Origin: Solobacterium sp.
GTDB taxonomy: Bacteria > Bacillota_I > Bacilli_A > Erysipelotrichales > Erysipelotrichaceae
Strand: one strand, 5' to 3'
Assembly (NCBI RefSeq): GCF_015256775.1
Contig: NZ_JABZLM010000006.1
Length of the DNA stretch: 64,000 bases
This document shows positions 37,253 through 46,866 of the stretch, one piece after another. The notes below the pieces were generated by a model that was given only the letters and a program-made list of their open reading frames with translations, was not told the origin of the DNA and made no database searches. The position numbers and the translations under genes were made by a program. Numbering within the stretch: the first letter of the stretch is position 1; each line of letters starts with the position of its first letter.

Positions 37253-38937
37253 CAAACGAGAGATATGTCCGCCGTAGTGGTGCTGTGATTATGGCAAGTC
37301 TTATTACCTTGCTAGGTTCACTAGCATACATTATGATTCTTGCTGTAATAAACGGTTCTGTAGGTTTCATTGTCGCCATGGGTGTAACTCTCATGGGTGC
37401 AGTTGGCATTGCCAAATCACTTGGGGAAGCAATCCCTCTCTCTTATGGCGCAATCATTGCCTTAACAATCGGTTTTGGTATATTACGTGGTTTCTTACGT
37501 TACCTTGAACAATACAGTAACCACTACATCGCATTTAAGCTACTAGCTGTATTACGTGACAAGATTTTCCGTGCATTACGTATTCTTTGTCCTGCAAAAC
37601 TTGAAAGCAAGCAAAAAGGCGCAATCATCTCAATGATTACAGCCGATATTGAAACATTAGAAGTATTCTACGCGCATACGATTTCTCCAATCTGTATTGC
37701 GGTAATCGTCTCAACCTGCGTTACGTTATTTGTTGGATTTACAGTAAACTGGTATCTCGCATTAATCGCATTACTTGGATATCTTTCAATCGGTATTATT
37801 GTTCCAATGATTTCTTCTAGCAGATTAAAAGAATCTGGTGTTCGTTATCGTGCTGAATTTGCTTCCTTTAACGCTTACTTCTTAGATAGTATTAAGGGTA
37901 TTAAGGATATCGTGCTTATGCACGCACAAGATCAGCGTAAAGATGAAGTAAACAAACGTTCTGATTCACTTCTTCTTGAAACAAAAAAGATGAAGCACGA
38001 TACAGCGAAAGCGACTGCAGAAACAGAACTAAGCGTTTCAATCTTCATCATCCTTACATTAATTGTAGGTATTATCCTAGTCGCAAATAACAATCTAACA
38101 ATCGGTAAGATGTTAATCGGTGTAACAGCAGTATTTGGATCATTCGGACCAGTTATTGCTATCTCTGCACTACCAGGCAACTTAACACAGACATTTGCAT
38201 CTGGTGACCGTGTACTGAACTTACTATCAGAAAAACCAGCAGTAACACCAATCACAGAAGCTAAAGATTTTACATTCGAAAACTTAGAAGTAAATCACCT
38301 ATCTTTCTCATATGATGGACAAATACAGGTACTAAAAGATATCTCTATACATGCAAAGACTGGTGAGATTGTTGGTATCGTCGGTGAGTCTGGCTGTGGT
38401 AAATCAACATTCCTAAAACTATTACTTCGATTCTGGCAAAAAGAAACAGGAGATATCCTCTACAACGGCATCGATATTAACGATATTAATACAGATAGTT
38501 TATTATCGAATGCCACAATGGTAAGCCAAACAACATATCTCTTTGATGATACGGTTGAAGAAAACCTTCGTATCGCTAAACCAAAAGCTACGTTAGAGGA
38601 AATTCAAGATGCATGCCGTATGGCATCTGTCCATGACTTTATCATGACGCTACCAGATGGCTACCAAAGCAAAGTCGGAACACTTGGAGATAATCTTTCT
38701 GCAGGCGAAAAACAACGCATTGGATTAGCCCGTGCATTTCTACGTGGTAGTAAGTTAATCTTGTTGGATGAACCTACAAGTAACGTAGATAGTATCAACG
38801 AGGGTATTATTCTTAAATCTCTAAAACAGCAAAAACACGATAAATGCATTATTTTGGTATCCCATCGTGAATCTACAATGGCAATCGCTGACCGCATCTA
38901 TCGTGCATCAGAAGGTGTCATGCATGAACAAAATTGA
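37249..38937 (+). CDS. ABC exporter fused permease/ATPase (CydD/CydC-like heterodimer partner 2)
   Basis: TM domain, then GESGCGKST, LSAGEKQRI and ILLDEPTS. Overlaps the previous gene by 4 nt. Confidence 0.75.
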   Translation: MTNERYVRRSGAVIMASLITLLGSLAYIMILAVINGSVGFIVAMGVTLMGAVGIAKSLGEAIPLSYGAIIALTIGFGILRGFLRYLEQYSNHYIAFKLLAVLRDKIFRALRILCPAKLESKQKGAIISMITADIETLEVFYAHTISPICIAVIVSTCVTLFVGFTVNWYLALIALLGYLSIGIIVPMISSSRLKESGVRYRAEFASFNAYFLDSIKGIKDIVLMHAQDQRKDEVNKRSDSLLLETKKMKHDTAKATAETELSVSIFIILTLIVGIILVANNNLTIGKMLIGVTAVFGSFGPVIAISALPGNLTQTFASGDRVLNLLSEKPAVTPITEAKDFTFENLEVNHLSFSYDGQIQVLKDISIHAKTGEIVGIVGESGCGKSTFLKLLLRFWQKETGDILYNGIDINDINTDSLLSNATMVSQTTYLFDDTVEENLRIAKPKATLEEIQDACRMASVHDFIMTLPDGYQSKVGTLGDNLSAGEKQRIGLARAFLRGSKLILLDEPTSNVDSINEGIILKSLKQQKHDKCIILVSHRESTMAIADRIYRASEGVMHEQN

Positions 38938-39265
38938 AGAAAAACGTCAACGTGAGATTTCTATCGTCACAAAGATGATTGAAGTCTATTGTAGGAAGAA
39001 ACACGGCACAAAAGATGGTCTTTGTCCTGAATGCCAGGAGTTACTTGATTACGCTACAACGCGCAGTAACCACTGCCCATTTATGGAGACAAAAACCTTC
39101 TGTGCAAACTGCCGTGTACATTGCTACAAACCAGAAATGAGAGAAAGAATTAAAAATGTGATGCGCTTTTGCGGTCCAAGAATGTTGTTATATTATCCAC
39201 TCGCAACAATTCGACATCTCATCGAAAGTATCAAAGAGAAAAGAAAACTGGAGAAACAGAAATGA
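38924..39265 (+). CDS. nitrous-oxide-stimulated promoter (YgbA) family protein
   Basis: Cys pattern CRKKHG..CPECQ...CPFMETKTFCANCRVHCYKPEMRE, characteristic of the YgbA family. About 113 aa. Confidence 0.6.
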   Translation: MNKIEEKRQREISIVTKMIEVYCRKKHGTKDGLCPECQELLDYATTRSNHCPFMETKTFCANCRVHCYKPEMRERIKNVMRFCGPRMLLYYPLATIRHLIESIKEKRKLEKQK

Positions 39266-39654
39266 ATTCAAAAAAAATATTTTGGATAGTACTAGGAAGC
39301 ATCAGCCTTGGGGTTGGTGTAATAGGAGCATTTATTCCACTACTACCTTCCTTCCCATTCTTACTACTCGCAGTATATAGCTACAGTAAGAGTTCCGAAA
39401 GACTGCACAACTGGTTTATCAACACCAAGATATACAAAAATAACTTAGAGAGCCATCTTAGCGGTAAAGGTATGACAAAAGCCGCTAAAATTCGCGTGAT
39501 GTGCACAGTTACTGTATTTATGTTATTCGGATTTATTATGATGATTCGTAAGGCATTGTATATTCCATGTGTAATTCTTGGGGTTGTATGGTTAGGCCAT
39601 ATGATTTACTTCATCTGGGGTGTCAAAACTCGAGTAGATGATTCTACAGAATAA
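39262..39654 (+). CDS. DUF454/YbaN-like small inner-membrane protein
   Basis: About 130 aa with two pairs of TM helices. Its start overlaps the YgbA stop (ATGA). Confidence 0.5.
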   Translation: MNSKKIFWIVLGSISLGVGVIGAFIPLLPSFPFLLLAVYSYSKSSERLHNWFINTKIYKNNLESHLSGKGMTKAAKIRVMCTVTVFMLFGFIMMIRKALYIPCVILGVVWLGHMIYFIWGVKTRVDDSTE

Positions 39655-39704
39655 TTGTTTTACAACAAAATTTGTCGTGATAAGATACCAGTGAGGTAAT
39701 TATC

Positions 39705-40274
39705 ATGGCAAATTTTTTATTGTTATGCTGGGAATTCTTTAAAACCGGTTTATTCTCCATCGGCGGTGGACTTGCAACAATCCCCTTCTTACAGGAGATG
39801 TCATTAAAATATGGATGGTTTAGTCTAACAGACTTAACGACCATGGTCGCTATCAGCGAGTCAACACCTGGACCAATGGGTGTCAATATGGCAACCTATG
39901 TAGGGAATCACGTATACGGTTTCTTCGGTGGTATCGCTACAACTCTATCTGTTACAGCACCAGCATTTCTATCTATTATTCTGATTGCAACAGCACTTCA
40001 AAAATTCGAAGACTCTGTGATTGTACAAAATGCATTTATGGGCTTAAGACCTGCAGTAGTTGGTTTAATTACATCTGCCGTCATAGGTATCTATTTACTT
40101 GCATTATTTGATATTACTGCATTTCAAACAACAAAATCTCTTTTAAGTTTATTTAAGTGGAAGCCTATTATCATATTTGCATGCATGTTAACTGTTTATC
40201 ACTTTAAACCAAAGACACATCCAATACTATTTATTATCGCAGCCGCAATCATTGGAATCTTATTTAAACTATAA
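39705..40274 (+). CDS. chrA: chromate transporter ChrA, half-size (second half)
   Basis: IGGGLATIPFLQEMSLKYGW motif. 189 aa. Confidence 0.75.
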   Translation: MANFLLLCWEFFKTGLFSIGGGLATIPFLQEMSLKYGWFSLTDLTTMVAISESTPGPMGVNMATYVGNHVYGFFGGIATTLSVTAPAFLSIILIATALQKFEDSVIVQNAFMGLRPAVVGLITSAVIGIYLLALFDITAFQTTKSLLSLFKWKPIIIFACMLTVYHFKPKTHPILFIIAAAIIGILFKL

Positions 40275-40786
40275 TTATGGTTAAACAATCAGCTTAATAA
40301 CTATGCACTTTTCGGCACTGATAAGACCACAGAGTAAGACATACATCTTTCCTACCATCTACCTGCCTCAATTGAGATTCGTGACCCTCGAACCAGCAGT
40401 TTGCCTAGTTCTTTCTTCAGATTCCACCTCACGATGGAAATCCTTGAATTCGGCTCAACCTTAGGGACTACATTCCTTGGTTAGAGGTACCTTTCAACCT
40501 CCAAGATATATACCATGTCTGGCACACCAAGAAAAAACCTACAGAATCTTTCGATATACGCAAAGAAAATGCATGTGTATAAAAAGTGACCGAACCGATG
40601 GAGGTTCAAAGACATTGATGCATGTATTCGACAGATTTGAGGATACGGATTTGATTACAGAACTACTGGAAGGTATGTATACGGAATTGCACGAAAAGAA
40701 ACCTATAAAATTCGTACGAATACTGTAGGGTAAGAAAAGACGTCTTTCTCTATACTAAAATATGCCGAACGAAAGAGGGAATCAAA

Positions 40787-41629
40787 ATGAATATTATTAA
40801 GTCGTTTAACAATACGATTGATTATCTTGAAACAGTTCTTGATGATGAAATTGACGAAAAGAAAGTAACTCAGTTATCCGGATACTCTTATTCAATGTCC
40901 AGCCGCTTGTTTTCTATTCTGATCGAAACAACGCTCTCAGAATATTTAAGAAGCAGAAGATTGACGGAAGCAGCCGTTATATTAAGAGATACGGACGAAA
41001 AGATTATTGATGTTGCATTCAAATTCGGATACGAGTCATCAGATTCATTTGGAACAGCGTTTAAAAATTTTCATGGATTTACTCCTTCAGAGGTGAGAAA
41101 TGGGAAACCATTTAAATTAGTTTCACGGGTGCAATTAGCACTCAGTGTAAGAGGAGGAAGAAGCATGAATATTACAATTCAAAAGAAACAAGCCTTTACA
41201 GTCGCAGGAGTAAATGAACAAAGTATTAATTCATCATTATGTCCAAGTGTATGGGATAAGCTGTATGAAAAATATAGCCACGATGAACTTGCAAGTTTGG
41301 GAAACGGTCAAAGTGTTGGCGTTTGCCATGATGTGGAAAACCCAAGCACAATAAACTATATGGCAGGCTATATTGTTAATAATGTAGACAAAGCAAGAAG
41401 CATGGGCTTAGATGTTTTAGAAATTGATGAAGCAGAGTATGCCGTTGTAGAGTTAACAGGAAGTGTTCCAGATTGCATTCATACCGGATGGAAATATGCG
41501 ATGGAAGTATTCTTTCCCGAGCATGGCTATGTTCACTCAGGAAAGTCTGACTTTGAATATTACTATGAAGGTGATATGCATAGTCCTGATTACAAAATGG
41601 AGTTATGGATTCCAATAACTAAAGCTTAA
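40787..41629 (+). CDS. AraC-family regulator with C-terminal GyrI-like effector-binding domain
   Basis: N-terminal AraC HTH (LSGYSYSMSSRLFSILIETTLSEYLRSRRLTEAAVIL...FKFGYESSDSFGTAFKNFHGFTPSEV). The C-terminal roughly 150 aa is GyrI-like. Confidence 0.7.
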   Translation: MNIIKSFNNTIDYLETVLDDEIDEKKVTQLSGYSYSMSSRLFSILIETTLSEYLRSRRLTEAAVILRDTDEKIIDVAFKFGYESSDSFGTAFKNFHGFTPSEVRNGKPFKLVSRVQLALSVRGGRSMNITIQKKQAFTVAGVNEQSINSSLCPSVWDKLYEKYSHDELASLGNGQSVGVCHDVENPSTINYMAGYIVNNVDKARSMGLDVLEIDEAEYAVVELTGSVPDCIHTGWKYAMEVFFPEHGYVHSGKSDFEYYYEGDMHSPDYKMELWIPITKA

Positions 41630-41710
41630 AATCCAATTTGCCAAGAATACAAAAAACAGTGGCAGGGATTCTTCCCCGCCGCTGTGCGTCTGAAATAGTC
41701 TGAAAATAGA

Positions 41711-41756
41711 AAAGAGAGTACTTACATAATTTAGTACTCTCTTTTGCCTTTATTTT
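41711..41756 (+). terminator. rho-independent terminator (11-bp stem aagagagtact...agtactctctt plus a T-rich tail)
   Basis: Direct reading. Sits between convergent genes. Confidence 0.6.
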
Positions 41757-41880
41757 CATTTTGAATACTCTTATTTCTAAAATAGACAAATATTCTAATT
41801 CAATTTTGTCTTGATGGGTACCAATAGAATTAATGGTTTAAATGTAAATAAAAGAACCATAATTATCCACTCTTTCAGTG

Positions 41881-42576
41881 TTATTGAATATCTTTTACTG
41901 AACGTACTTCATAGATTCCATCACAGAATAATCCATTCACTTGATGTCCACCTTTTAATGTATAGAAGGTATCTAATGGAGCTCCCATTTTATTACTGAA
42001 TGTTTCTACCCTATAACAGATTGGATAGAAATAATAAGTTATCACTCGATCACTAGCCGGTACATACTGCACTCTTTCTAAATCGAGAGAGATTTGTAGT
42101 TTAGTGTTGAAGCCAATTATCTTCTGCAACAACGACTGCATTTGAACATTATCATTTTCAAAATTTGTCGTATCGTCTGTACCAGATATTGTAATCACTT
42201 CACCCGTCGTTACTCTAAAAGATGGCGTAATTTGGATTGGTGATAGTATTACTTCGTTAAGAGAAATTTGTTGATCATCAATAAAATAATTTACATAAAG
42301 TTTTAATGATAACTCACTCGGATTAATCGGATTGCATTCCATATCATAAAACTGTGATGTATCAGAAGATACTAAATCATTCTGATTAATTTCATGTAGT
42401 TCGGACAATTTGTATGCATATCCAGATTCTTCTTCAACTTGTGTTACTTCATTACTCGAAGTTACTTCTTGACTTACTTGTCTTCGAGTAGAACAACCTG
42501 CTAGCGAACACGAAAATGATGCAATTAATATTATCGGAATCGTCTTTTTCATAGTCACCTCCAAATGATTCTTCAT
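41881..42576 (-). CDS. hypothetical lipoprotein
   Basis: Signal peptide with lipobox SLAGCS. 231 aa. No family recognised. Confidence 0.5.
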   Translation of the reverse strand: MKNHLEVTMKKTIPIILIASFSCSLAGCSTRRQVSQEVTSSNEVTQVEEESGYAYKLSELHEINQNDLVSSDTSQFYDMECNPINPSELSLKLYVNYFIDDQQISLNEVILSPIQITPSFRVTTGEVITISGTDDTTNFENDNVQMQSLLQKIIGFNTKLQISLDLERVQYVPASDRVITYYFYPICYRVETFSNKMGAPLDTFYTLKGGHQVNGLFCDGIYEVRSVKDIQ

Positions 42577-42702
42577 TTACTGACAAATCCGTAAAGTCCT
42601 ATGATTTTATCTGTAATTACATTATAGCACTACCCCCCCATAATAAAACCCTGGGACATAAGCCCAGGGAAAAGAAGGGAAAACCACAATATGTTGTTAA
42701 TG

Positions 42703-43590
42703 TTATTTGCTAGCTTTTGCGCTTGCTTCTGCGATTTGTTTTTCAATCTCAGAAATCATCTTGATATCTTCTTCAAGTGTCTTTAATTCATCTTCGGAGA
42801 AGGAAGCCTTGTTTGCTTCAACTTGTGCCTTTAATACTTCGTCATATGGCATACTCTGTGTTTGCTCAATCTGATCCTTGGACATTGTTGCGAATACTTT
42901 ATTCCAGATATCTTGATGCTTGCCGAATACTTCGCTTTCCTTTGCATAAAGATCTGTTAATTCATCATTTGCTCCTGCAGACTGTCCTTCAGTTACTGTT
43001 GTTGTAACACCGCTTCCAGATTTCACTTCTTCAATCATCTTGATGATTTCTTCTTGTTTCTTTTCATCTTCTAAGTTACCAACGATTGGATCACCAACGA
43101 TGTTACCATTCTTATCAACCATAACTGTTGTAGGGAAACTGAAGATCTTAGCTAGGTAAGCCTTCGCATCATCACCACCATTGATGACGATATTTCTATA
43201 TGTAGCACCTTGCTTTGATAGAATATCCTTTGCGTCTTTGAGAGTAGCTTCATCTGTTGCTTCTACGTTAACACCAACGATTTCTGCACCATGTTCCTTT
43301 AACTTCTTATTAAACTTTTCAAGCGCTGGCATTTCATTTACACATGCTGCACATCCATTGAACCAGAAGTTTACAAGTGTTACTTCATTCTTGCTGAATA
43401 AGGATTCATCTACATCCTTACCATCGAAATCCTTACCTTTAAACTTTGGGAATGCTTCTACGTTAGCTGTTTCAGTTGTTGTAGATGTTGTTGTCGTTGC
43501 TTTGTCTTCTTTCTTGTTGTTGCATGCTGCTAATGTAACTGCCATAACTGCTGCTACACCAACTAGGGTAAATCTCTTGAACAAATTCAT
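42703..43590 (-). CDS. TlpA/ResA-like thiol-disulfide oxidoreductase lipoprotein with a roughly 120-aa helical C-terminal extension
   Basis: Lipobox LAACNN. Thioredoxin-fold active site WFNGCAACVNEMP. 295 aa is long for TlpA. Confidence 0.65.
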   Translation of the reverse strand: MNLFKRFTLVGVAAVMAVTLAACNNKKEDKATTTTSTTTETANVEAFPKFKGKDFDGKDVDESLFSKNEVTLVNFWFNGCAACVNEMPALEKFNKKLKEHGAEIVGVNVEATDEATLKDAKDILSKQGATYRNIVINGGDDAKAYLAKIFSFPTTVMVDKNGNIVGDPIVGNLEDEKKQEEIIKMIEEVKSGSGVTTTVTEGQSAGANDELTDLYAKESEVFGKHQDIWNKVFATMSKDQIEQTQSMPYDEVLKAQVEANKASFSEDELKTLEEDIKMISEIEKQIAEASAKASK

Positions 43591-43611
43591 TTTCTTTTTC
43601 CTCTTTCTGTT

Positions 43612-44529
43612 TTATGCCTTTTGTAAATTCTTATTTGTTACTTTTGGATTCTTAGCGTCACTCTTTTTCTTAATCGCTAAGTAAGTACTGATAGCTTTGG
43701 TTGGACATGCAGTAATGCATTCTCCACAACGGATACATTCCAAGTCACCAGTATTCTTTGTAATATCGACATCCATCTTACAAACTCTTGCACACTTACC
43801 ACAGGATACACACTTGTTTTTATCTACGTTGTAGTTGAAGATTGCAATCTTGTTGAATAATGCATAGAATGCTCCAAGTGGACAAATCCATTTGCAGAAT
43901 GGACGATATACAAATATTGATAATGTTGTAATCGTGATGAGAATTGTAAACTTCCAGGTAAATAATGTACCTAATGTTGCACGAATGTTTTTATCTACGA
44001 TAGAGAGTGGAATACCACCTTCCAAGATACCTTGTGGACAAATGTATTTGCAGAAGTAAGGTAATGCAATACCTGCTTTATTTGTCATAATGATTGGAAG
44101 TAATATAACTGCTACAGCGAGAATAATAAACTTTGTATATGTTAAGAATCTTAATTTCTTCGTACTAAACTTCTTTGTTGGAATCTTATGTAATAAATCT
44201 TGATACCAACCAAATGGGCACATGAATCCACAGATCAACCTTCCAATCATCACACCAAAGAAAATTAGAATTCCACTGATGTAATAGGAGAAGTTATACT
44301 TGGATGAACCGACAACCGCTTGGAAGGAGCCTACTGGGCACGCTCCTGTAGCAGCTGGACATGAATAACAGTTTAAACCTGGTACACATACCTGCTTAAT
44401 TTTTCCATTATAGAGAACACCTTTGAAAAAGTTAGGGATATGCATGTTTGTTAGGAATGTCGCAAACATCTGAATTGTATTACGTCTCTTCAGGAATTTT
44501 AGAAACGCTCTTGATTTAGCTGATGTCAT
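43612..44529 (-). CDS. NapH/MauN-like membrane-bound 4Fe-4S polyferredoxin
   Basis: N-terminal CYSCPAATGACP motif, internal TM helices, and C-terminal ferredoxin motifs CVSCGKCARVC and CIRCGECITACP. Confidence 0.65.
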   Translation of the reverse strand: MTSAKSRAFLKFLKRRNTIQMFATFLTNMHIPNFFKGVLYNGKIKQVCVPGLNCYSCPAATGACPVGSFQAVVGSSKYNFSYYISGILIFFGVMIGRLICGFMCPFGWYQDLLHKIPTKKFSTKKLRFLTYTKFIILAVAVILLPIIMTNKAGIALPYFCKYICPQGILEGGIPLSIVDKNIRATLGTLFTWKFTILITITTLSIFVYRPFCKWICPLGAFYALFNKIAIFNYNVDKNKCVSCGKCARVCKMDVDITKNTGDLECIRCGECITACPTKAISTYLAIKKKSDAKNPKVTNKNLQKA

Positions 44530-44531
44530 AA

Positions 44532-44696
44532 CTATCCAATTCCTACACACTCCAAACAAAGACGAATTGCTTTGCCGAATACACTTTCAACTTCTCCACG
44601 AGAAGCCCCAACACAAATAAATACAATTGCTAGTACTATTAGAAATGCCTGTGTAGCAATTCTAAATTGTGTAGGATATTTATTTATTAAATCCAT
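44532..44696 (-). CDS. small (about 54 aa) single-TM membrane protein with a C-terminal CLEC motif
   Basis: Start MDLINK preceded by AAGGAGG at 8 nt. Its stop abuts the polyferredoxin start. Hydrophobic stretch AFLIVLAIVFICVGA. Confidence 0.45.
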   Translation of the reverse strand: MDLINKYPTQFRIATQAFLIVLAIVFICVGASRGEVESVFGKAIRLCLECVGIG

Positions 44697-44956
44697 TGCA
44701 TTGTCCTCCTTTACACTCATTTTCTATCTGACGTGAAAAATATAACAAAGCAGATATAAAATTTGTGTTAAGAAATTTAACAATGTAATTTTTCTGATTT
44801 CATTCATCATCATGCCTGCATAAACACTCGTTTTTAGTATAGGAATGGCTTATCTTGTTTTCTTTTGTATGTGCTATACTTGGTACAGATATACTCAGCT
44901 TCCAACAATGTGTTGGATGTTCTTCTGACAATTAGTAACAATATGAAAGGAACATT

Positions 44957-45643
44957 TTGCATATGAGAATATTAGTGGTTGAAGATGAAATCGCCCTTTG
45001 TGAAACAATCGCAAAGGGTTTACGTCTTGATGGATATGAAGTAGACACATGTTTTGATGGTGGTACAGCTTGGAATATGGCAATGGATGAAAGTTATGAC
45101 TTGATCATCCTAGATTTAAACTTACCTATCATGGATGGAATGGAAGTACTCCGTAATCTTCGTAAAGAAGATTCAGAAACGGCTGTATTAATTCTATCTG
45201 CACGTGGACATTTACAGGATAAGATTGATGGTCTCGATAGCGGTGCCAATGACTACCTATGCAAACCATTCCACTTTGAGGAGTTAGAAGCACGCGTTCG
45301 TAGTCTAACAAGAAGACGCACCGTACAAAATAATGTCATTCTCTCCTGTGGAGAACTTTCATTAGACACCAAGAGTCGAACGGTTATGGCTAAAGGTGAA
45401 AAGCTTCCATTAACACGTAAAGAGTTAGGAGTATTGGAGTACTTATTACTACATCAAGAACGTCCAGTCCCACAAGAGGAACTCATCCAACATGTTTGGG
45501 ATAGTAGTGTTGATAGCTTTAGTAATTCTATTCGTGTGCACATCTCCGCTTTGCGTAAGAAATTACGAGCTGCACTTGGCTATGACCCTATCACAAATCG
45601 CATAGGCCAAGGGTATGTCATCGGAGGACAACAAGATGAATAA
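44957..45643 (+). CDS. OmpR-family response regulator
   Basis: Receiver domain (acidic pocket EDE; phospho-acceptor Asp in LIILDLNLP; conserved K in LCKPF) plus a winged-helix output domain. Confidence 0.85.
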   Translation: MHMRILVVEDEIALCETIAKGLRLDGYEVDTCFDGGTAWNMAMDESYDLIILDLNLPIMDGMEVLRNLRKEDSETAVLILSARGHLQDKIDGLDSGANDYLCKPFHFEELEARVRSLTRRRTVQNNVILSCGELSLDTKSRTVMAKGEKLPLTRKELGVLEYLLLHQERPVPQEELIQHVWDSSVDSFSNSIRVHISALRKKLRAALGYDPITNRIGQGYVIGGQQDE

Positions 45644-46778
45644 ACGTCGTTCTCTACAGTGGAAACTCACCGTCATTACCGCAATTATCGTCATCCTATC
45701 CTGTCTTGCGATTAGTTATGCAATCAGTAAGTCCGCAATCTCCTCGATGAGTAAGATTGAAGATTCCGCAGTTGCGATATTACCAACTAGCCCTGCAACA
45801 GATACAACTGGAGAAGTTGTACAACTACAGATTTCTACCAAAGATGTCATCTCTGATATGGCAAAAGGAATTCAAGCTGATTTCTGGAAAAGTAGTTTAC
45901 TCATTACAATCATCATTACTGTCGCAAGTAGCTCTATGATGTACTTCTTCATCGGTTATGCATTAAAGCCTCTACAAAATCTCGGTGAACAGATTGAAGA
46001 CATCCAAGCAAAAAACTTAAAACATTTAGTTGTAAGTGATCAAAGTTCTATTGAAATTGAACAACTAACAAACGCATTTAATGAGATGTTAGAACGACTC
46101 AGTAATACCTTCGCAGCACAACGGCAATTCTCCGCAAACGCTGCACATGAATTACGTACACCGCTTGCGGTAATGCGTACAAAGCTGGAAGTATTTGAGA
46201 AAAACAACAATCCTAGTGCTGCGGAGTATCAAGAAACCGTCCATATGATTCGTATGCAGACATCACGTCTATCACATGTCATTGATATTCTTCTTGAGAT
46301 GACAGACCTACAATCGGCCCAAAAACAAGATCGTATCTCATTAGCCGATATGGCTGAAGAAGTCATTTGTGATTTAACAGCAGTCGCAGATAAGAAAGAA
46401 ATTACTATCACCCAAAATCCAGGGACTGCTGAAATCATCGGTAATGATACCCTTATCTACCGTGCTATCTATAACCTTGTGGAAAATGCCATCAAGTATA
46501 ACCATACCGGTGGAAATGTAACTGTATCCATCAAGGAAGATGGTGAATTTGCGACTGTTATCGTCAGTGATAATGGCCCTGGTATCCAACAAGAAGATTG
46601 GCAACACATCTTTGAACCCTTCTTTAGAGTTGATAAATCACGTAGCCGTGATATGGGTGGTGCTGGTCTTGGCCTTGCCCTTGTAAAAGAGATTGCCCGC
46701 CAACATGGTGGTGATGTATATGTCGTACAAAGCTCAAAAAACGGTACAGAAATCGCACTTAAACTGCGTCGAAAGTAA
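45615..46778 (+). CDS. sensor histidine kinase
   Basis: 2 TM helices. H-box AAHELRTPL, N box (NAIKYN), G1 DNGPGI and G2 GGAGLGL. Confidence 0.85.
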   Translation: MSSEDNKMNKRRSLQWKLTVITAIIVILSCLAISYAISKSAISSMSKIEDSAVAILPTSPATDTTGEVVQLQISTKDVISDMAKGIQADFWKSSLLITIIITVASSSMMYFFIGYALKPLQNLGEQIEDIQAKNLKHLVVSDQSSIEIEQLTNAFNEMLERLSNTFAAQRQFSANAAHELRTPLAVMRTKLEVFEKNNNPSAAEYQETVHMIRMQTSRLSHVIDILLEMTDLQSAQKQDRISLADMAEEVICDLTAVADKKEITITQNPGTAEIIGNDTLIYRAIYNLVENAIKYNHTGGNVTVSIKEDGEFATVIVSDNGPGIQQEDWQHIFEPFFRVDKSRSRDMGGAGLGLALVKEIARQHGGDVYVVQSSKNGTEIALKLRRK

Positions 46779-46783
46779 CCAAT

Positions 46784-46808
46784 AGTCGCTTGATTGGCGA
46801 CTTTTTCA
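46784..46808 (+). terminator. rho-independent terminator (agtcgc-ttgattg-gcgact, then TTTTT)
   Basis: Direct reading downstream of the kinase gene. Confidence 0.6.
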
Positions 46809-46866
46809 TTTATCTCTCCACTTGGGCGTATATGCAGGGCAATAGAAGAATGGTATAATAAAGGTT

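Noticed and set aside
40477-40728. 83-aa ORF in the 40.3-40.8 kb intergenic block
   Set aside because: No RBS, no recognisable motif, and an Arg/Cys-rich odd composition. It is treated as part of an unexplained non-coding block (see findings).
44532-44720. Longer 62-aa version of the small membrane peptide starting at MSVKEDNA
   Set aside because: The internal Met (MDLINK) has a consensus AAGGAGG RBS at ideal spacing, whereas the upstream Met has none. The 54-aa form is called instead.
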